Source: an uncultured Verrucomicrobiae bacterium (GTDB taxonomy: Bacteria > Verrucomicrobiota > Verrucomicrobiia > Chthoniobacterales > UBA10450). Taken from it: a stretch of 64,000 nt of DNA. The notes beneath the pieces were generated by a model. The model was not told the origin of the DNA. It did not search any database and saw nothing but the letters and a program-made list of their open reading frames with translations. Of the stretch, positions 59,866-64,000 are shown piece after piece. The translations under genes were made by a program, and so were the position numbers. Location: positions 608,001 to 672,000 of the forward strand of contig CAWDGJ010000003.1 of NCBI GenBank assembly GCA_963801815.1, written 5' to 3'. Positions within the stretch are counted from its first letter, which is position 1; every line of letters begins with the position of its first letter.

Positions 59866-59995
59866 GCCGGCGACTCGGCTCGGGAAGCCGAAGAAGTGAC
59901 CAGCCTTCGCCAAGGCTGCGGCTTGGCAAGCGAGTGACCAGCGACGAGGAAGTTGATTGTTGATGGTTGAGAGGTTGAGCAGAAGCAGAAAGCTG

Positions 59996-60059
59996 AATCA
60001 TGCCGCCATGCGGCAATCTAGATCCAGGGAACACTTTGGATGACCTAGCGGGAGCGTAA
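59996..60059 (+). mobile_element. 64-bp mini-element, copy D
   Basis: AATCATGCCGCCATGCGGCAATCTAGATCCAGGGAACACTTTGGATGACCTAGCGGGAGCGTAA. Confidence 0.75.
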
Positions 60060-60184
60060 ACGCGGAAAGCTGAACGAGCGAGCCGGTTCTTTTTTTGCAT
60101 CCCTGTTAAGCGCGTTGTCCTTGGCTGACATAGCAAACCTTTCTTCTGTTAGTGTTCAAATCCACATCCCATTGGGGACAAGCC

Positions 60185-60631
60185 TTAACCGTAGGTGAGG
60201 TCGGTGCTCTGCCCGACCTCGATAATGTAACCGTCCGGATCGCGGATGTAGCATCGAATCTCGCCGTACTTGGGTATCGGTTCCGTGATGAACTCGGCCC
60301 CACGACTCTTCCATAACTCATAGCACGCTTGAATATCCGCAACGCGGAAATTCATAAAGCTGTTGATGTGATTCGGGTCCGGGACGCTGAGTGTTACCGT
60401 CGGCTTGTCCGGCGTCGGCCCGCCCCCGACGTTCAGAATCATCCAGATATTCGCGAGCTGAAGGTACGGAGGCGCGTTGCCGTCACCCATGGTCAGAATG
60501 CGAGCGCCGAAGACCTTTTCGTAGTAGCGAGCCGATCGCTCGACGTCGGCGACGGTGAGAAAGTGGGCGACGGTAAACCCATTCTGGGGCGGCATCTGAT
60601 AGCTTTTCTGCTCGACTTGCACTTGGTTCAT
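60185..60631 (-). CDS. VOC/glyoxalase-family protein
   Basis: LTVADVERSARYYEKVFG, FRVADIQ and CYIRDPDGYIIEV; RBS GGAGG. Confidence 0.9.
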   Translation of the reverse strand: MNQVQVEQKSYQMPPQNGFTVAHFLTVADVERSARYYEKVFGARILTMGDGNAPPYLQLANIWMILNVGGGPTPDKPTVTLSVPDPNHINSFMNFRVADIQACYELWKSRGAEFITEPIPKYGEIRCYIRDPDGYIIEVGQSTDLTYG

Positions 60632-60907
60632 AGACGCCTCCAATTCGGATATCGTATTTTTCCGTTGGCCAGAATACGTCGGGCAGTGTGCTTTAGCAAA
60701 AACGAGAAGCAAGAAGGGAAAAAGGCAATGGGGTCGTATCTAAAGGACAAAGACAAACGCTGACAGCTGAAAACTGAAAAGCTGAAAAAGAGAATTGAGA
60801 ATTGAGAATTGAGTCGTTGAGAGGTGAAAGCAAAACGCGGACAGCGGAAAAAGAGCGTTGAGTTGTTGAGAAGTTGAGGCGTTGAGGCGTTGAGGAGACG
60901 AAAGCTG

Positions 60908-60971
60908 AATCATGCCGCCATGCGGCAATCTAGATCCAGGGAACACTTTGGATGACCTAGCGGGAGCGTAA
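60908..60971 (+). mobile_element. 64-bp mini-element, copy E (identical to D)
   Basis: Same sequence as D and the same flanks gaaagctg / acgcggaaagctga. Confidence 0.75.
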
Positions 60972-61089
60972 ACGCGGAAAGCTGATCCTCCTTCGCATTG
61001 CTACGGCGCGACTAGAACACTGAAATCTAGAAAGACAGAGGACAGAAGGCAGAAATTAAAAAAGCACCCCTCGTCGTTCCTTTGCTTCG

Positions 61090-61824
61090 TCAAAAATGCG
61101 AGCCGACATACTCCCACATCTGATGGTGCCAGTAGGGCCAGTCGTGGCCGCCTTCCGGGCCCCAATCGTCCAGATGATGAGCAATACCGCGGTTCTTTAG
61201 GATCTCGGACATTCGATAGGTCGGCCCGCTGTTCTCCCACGGACCACAGCCGGTCACGAGTTGGATGTCGCAACTCGCGTACTGTTGGAGATACCAGGGA
61301 TCGCTCTGGTTCGCCATATAGTCGACCGGGTTATTGAAATAGAAATTGTCGTCATACATTCCGTCCATCGAGTCCCGCATATCATAGAGGCCGGACAGCG
61401 CGTAACAGCGTTTCACGTGGTCGGGATGTTTGAAGAGCGTGTTGGCCGCGTGATAGGCACCGAGCGATGCGCCTAACGTGGCAATCCCGATACCGGGCGT
61501 CTGGCATTGGGAGTCGATGAACGGGAACACTTCGTTCGCCACATACGCATCGTATTGCGCCTGCATCCAACTGCGATGGAACGGATGCGCGCCCTTGTTG
61601 GAGAACGAATCGCTCTGCACGCCGTTGATGCAGAAGATGCGGATGCGGCCTTGCTCGATGTAAGGGCTGAGGGTCTGAATCATCCCCTGACCTTCCTGCT
61701 CGAACTCGTCGCCCATGCTGGTAGGGAAGGCGAGAAGGGGCGCGCCGTAATTGCCGTAGATGGCGACGCCCATGTCGCGGTTGAGCCGGTTTGAATACCA
61801 ACGGTGATGGTCGCGGTGCACCAA
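61090..61824 (-). CDS. Alpha/beta-hydrolase (putative esterase)
   Basis: GASLG nucleophile elbow, ALSGLYD and GHDWPYW. Confidence 0.88.
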   Translation of the reverse strand: MVHRDHHRWYSNRLNRDMGVAIYGNYGAPLLAFPTSMGDEFEQEGQGMIQTLSPYIEQGRIRIFCINGVQSDSFSNKGAHPFHRSWMQAQYDAYVANEVFPFIDSQCQTPGIGIATLGASLGAYHAANTLFKHPDHVKRCYALSGLYDMRDSMDGMYDDNFYFNNPVDYMANQSDPWYLQQYASCDIQLVTGCGPWENSGPTYRMSEILKNRGIAHHLDDWGPEGGHDWPYWHHQMWEYVGSHF

Positions 61825-62115
61825 GGAAGTAAGAAGGAGGAATTAAAAATTAGAAAGTACAAACGCTGAAAGATGAAAAGCTGATCAACAAGTGGCGCGT
61901 GACATGTGACGGGTGACCAGCCTTCGCGCAAGGCTACGGCTTGGCAAGCGAGTGACCAGCGCCACATCGCGCATCCGCGAACTGGGGAAGAAGCGATTTC
62001 TAGTTAGCGGATCGCGAGTGCCTTACCCGCTTTCCGCCGGGCAACCCCGCGAGCGAAGGGCAAGGAAAGTAAGAATTCGGAATTAAGAATTAAGAATAAG
62101 AAAAGGAGCAGCAAT

Positions 62116-62784
62116 ATGAACATGAAACTCGAGGTGATAATCGTCCCTGTTTCCGATGTCGATCGCGCCAAAGCATTCTACGAGAAATTAGGGTTCCGGT
62201 TAGATGGCGACTTCGTCGTCGGTGAAAAGTTTCGGGCAATACAATTCACTCCTCCTAATTCAGAGGCATCGATCATCTTCGGAAAGGGAGTCACGTCGGC
62301 CAAGTCTGGCTCGGCGGACCTGGTGCTCGCAGTGGATAACGTCGACGCCGTCCGCAAGGACTTGATCGCCCGCGGCGCAAATGTGAGCGAAGTTTTTCAT
62401 TACGCCGGCGGCCCGTTCAACAACGCCATTGAAAACCCGCGCGTCGGCGGGCGTGATCCGGAAGGTCGTTCCTATTTCTCGTTTGCCTCGTTTGAGGATC
62501 CGGACGGGAACCGTTGGCTGCTCCAGGAGATCACGACTCGACTTCCGGGCCGGGAATGGAAATCGGCGCCAGCGGGAAAGATCGACATCGCCACGCTAGC
62601 CGAACTGCTTCACGAAACGGAGCAGCATCACGGCCAGTACGAGAGCACGCACGCCCCACATAATTGGTGGGACTGGTACGCGCCGTACTTCAACGCGCGG
62701 CAGAATGGTCAGAATTCGGCGGAAGCAACCGCCACTGCCGACCGTTACATGGACGAAGTTCATCATGTTCCTCGACGAGAATAG
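62116..62784 (+). CDS. VOC/glyoxalase-family protein with C-terminal helical extension
   Basis: PVSDVDRAKAFYEKLGFRLD and FEDPDGNRWLLQEI; RBS AAGGAG. Confidence 0.9.
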   Translation: MNMKLEVIIVPVSDVDRAKAFYEKLGFRLDGDFVVGEKFRAIQFTPPNSEASIIFGKGVTSAKSGSADLVLAVDNVDAVRKDLIARGANVSEVFHYAGGPFNNAIENPRVGGRDPEGRSYFSFASFEDPDGNRWLLQEITTRLPGREWKSAPAGKIDIATLAELLHETEQHHGQYESTHAPHNWWDWYAPYFNARQNGQNSAEATATADRYMDEVHHVPRRE

Positions 62785-62948
62785 TGACATGTGACGAGTG
62801 ACGAGAAAGTTGAGAGTTGATTGAGCGGAAGCAGAAAAACTGAAATGCGGAAATCTGAACACTTGAGACCTCGAAACTCTGAAAAGCTGAAAGTGTAAAG
62901 AAATTAAGCCGATCTGCGGCGTGAGCTGCGATCTTCGAGTGGGTAATC

Positions 62949-63200
62949 ATGGTCACGAATTCGATCTTTGCTGTGTCGCCGCAGTTGTTACCGATTCGTA
63001 TCCTTGCGGGCGTTGCTCTCGCGGCGGTGATCGTCACGTTCATTTATGTGGCACGTCATCTCAAGCGCCTGGAGCACACAATCCAAGCGGATAACCTCGT
63101 CCCGGCAAACCGCGGTCCGCGCAACAACCTGGTGTTGATGGTTTGCATCATTCCGATCATCGTCGTCAGCCTTTTGCTGTTTCTCATCATCAAAGCCTGA
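62949..63200 (+). CDS. Small hypothetical membrane protein
   Basis: Two hydrophobic segments in an 83-aa ORF. Confidence 0.5.
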   Translation: MVTNSIFAVSPQLLPIRILAGVALAAVIVTFIYVARHLKRLEHTIQADNLVPANRGPRNNLVLMVCIIPIIVVSLLLFLIIKA

Positions 63201-63219
63201 CTCGTTGAGACGTTGAGGG

Positions 63220-63430
63220 GCTCGGAATGTCCACGACTTTTTTCGATCGTGTTCCAATTGCGAACGGTGCCAGGCCCACCGAGGAGTTTCTCGATCTCGC
63301 TGAGGTAGCCGATCACTTTCATCTGCCGACGATACAGACCCAGGACGAATCGATCCTGGATGGCAATGACGTTCAACAACCAGTCATCAGCTACGGGGAG
63401 ACTACCCTTTCGGTAAGTGATTATTTCCGG
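63220..63430 (-). pseudogene. C-terminal fragment of a DUF1697-like protein
   Basis: IEKLLGGPGTVRNWNTIEK resembles the TxRNWNT C-terminal motif. The N-terminal half is not seen. Confidence 0.5.
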
Positions 63431-63496
63431 GGTTGAGGCAATGCATTGACAAGTAAGACGTAACCGCACTAAACCAGCAGCAAGGAGCGTCCACCG

Positions 63497-64000
63497 ATGA
63501 AAATAAAAAAAATTGCCTCTGCTGAGCCGGAAAAGGATTTTGCCATAAGCAAGCTTACCTCCACCGAAGGTTCAACCCGACGAAAATTTCTCGCGCAGGT
63601 CGGCGCCGCTCTGGCCGGCGGCGCGGTGTTGGGCAAAGCGGCCATCGCTTCCGCCCAGGATTACAATTCCGCTGATGGGGAGAGCGTTGCTACGCCGCGC
63701 GGAGTAATCGATCCGCGAGTTGCACAGTCCTTCGCCATCCGCGTCGGGACGGCGACCAAGGAGGCGCTAATTCCGGTTCCGCCGCACACGACCAACGGCG
63801 ACGAAGCGCGGTATCCAGACAAATCGGGCAGCTACACCAAAGGTGTTCTGCAAAATGGGATCGGCCTGGTTAATTTGCCAGCTTTTCAGACTTTCCGAAA
63901 TGCGATCAATACCGGTACTTTCGCCGCCTTCGAAAGCGTGATTCTCGGCGGTCCGCGCACACTGAATGGTCCGCTGGGTGGACGCGCCTTCGCCTTGGAA
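63497..64000 (+). CDS. Tat-exported vanadium-dependent haloperoxidase-like protein (truncated by the window end; not in the ORF track)
   Basis: RBS AAGGAG, Tat motif TRRKFL and NGDEARY..GSYTKG...FESVILGGPRTLNGPLGGRAFALE, which resembles the N-terminus of bromoperoxidase-type enzymes. Catalytic motifs lie outside the window. Confidence 0.7.
   Translation, partial: MKIKKIASAEPEKDFAISKLTSTEGSTRRKFLAQVGAALAGGAVLGKAAIASAQDYNSADGESVATPRGVIDPRVAQSFAIRVGTATKEALIPVPPHTTNGDEARYPDKSGSYTKGVLQNGIGLVNLPAFQTFRNAINTGTFAAFESVILGGPRTLNGPLGGRAFALE

Noticed and set aside
59735..62910. CRISPR array or integron attC array
   Set aside because: No constant repeat with regular unique spacers, no cas or intI gene, and no consistent RYYYAAC...GTTRRRY boxes were seen.

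Overview
A GC-rich bacterial chromosome segment. Gene content and repeat style suggest a soil Verrucomicrobiota (Chthoniobacterales-like) genome, which is an inference. Many essential genes (gyrA, gyrB, glnA, dnaE, thiC) carry single-base frameshifts that are best explained as long-read consensus errors. Positions 1-48.5 kb are mostly housekeeping: gyrBA, psd-pssA, FTR1 iron permease cluster, glnB-glnA, dnaE, ald, rnpA-yidD-yidC-jag, tamB/tamA-like, SurA-like, and a TPP riboswitch with thiC. From the thiC 3' end onward the window is accessory: toxin-antitoxin genes, a diverged second copy of the thiC 3' end, an AT-richer island with a DUF4238-like gene, an array of single small genes separated by strand-polarised repeat mosaics, and a Tat-exported vanadium haloperoxidase-like gene cut by the window edge. 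The most striking non-genic signal is a nested hierarchy of mini-elements. (i) A 64-65 bp element occurs five times, always bounded by a duplicated AA, inserted into three different repeat families. Empty versions of two targets, and an empty partner arm for the third, are visible in this window. Two pairs of the element each bracket a single gene. (ii) An 18-19 bp hairpin is inserted into repeats and read in frame inside thiC, yidD and a decarboxylase. No rRNA, tRNA, CRISPR array, integrase or transposase was recognised.
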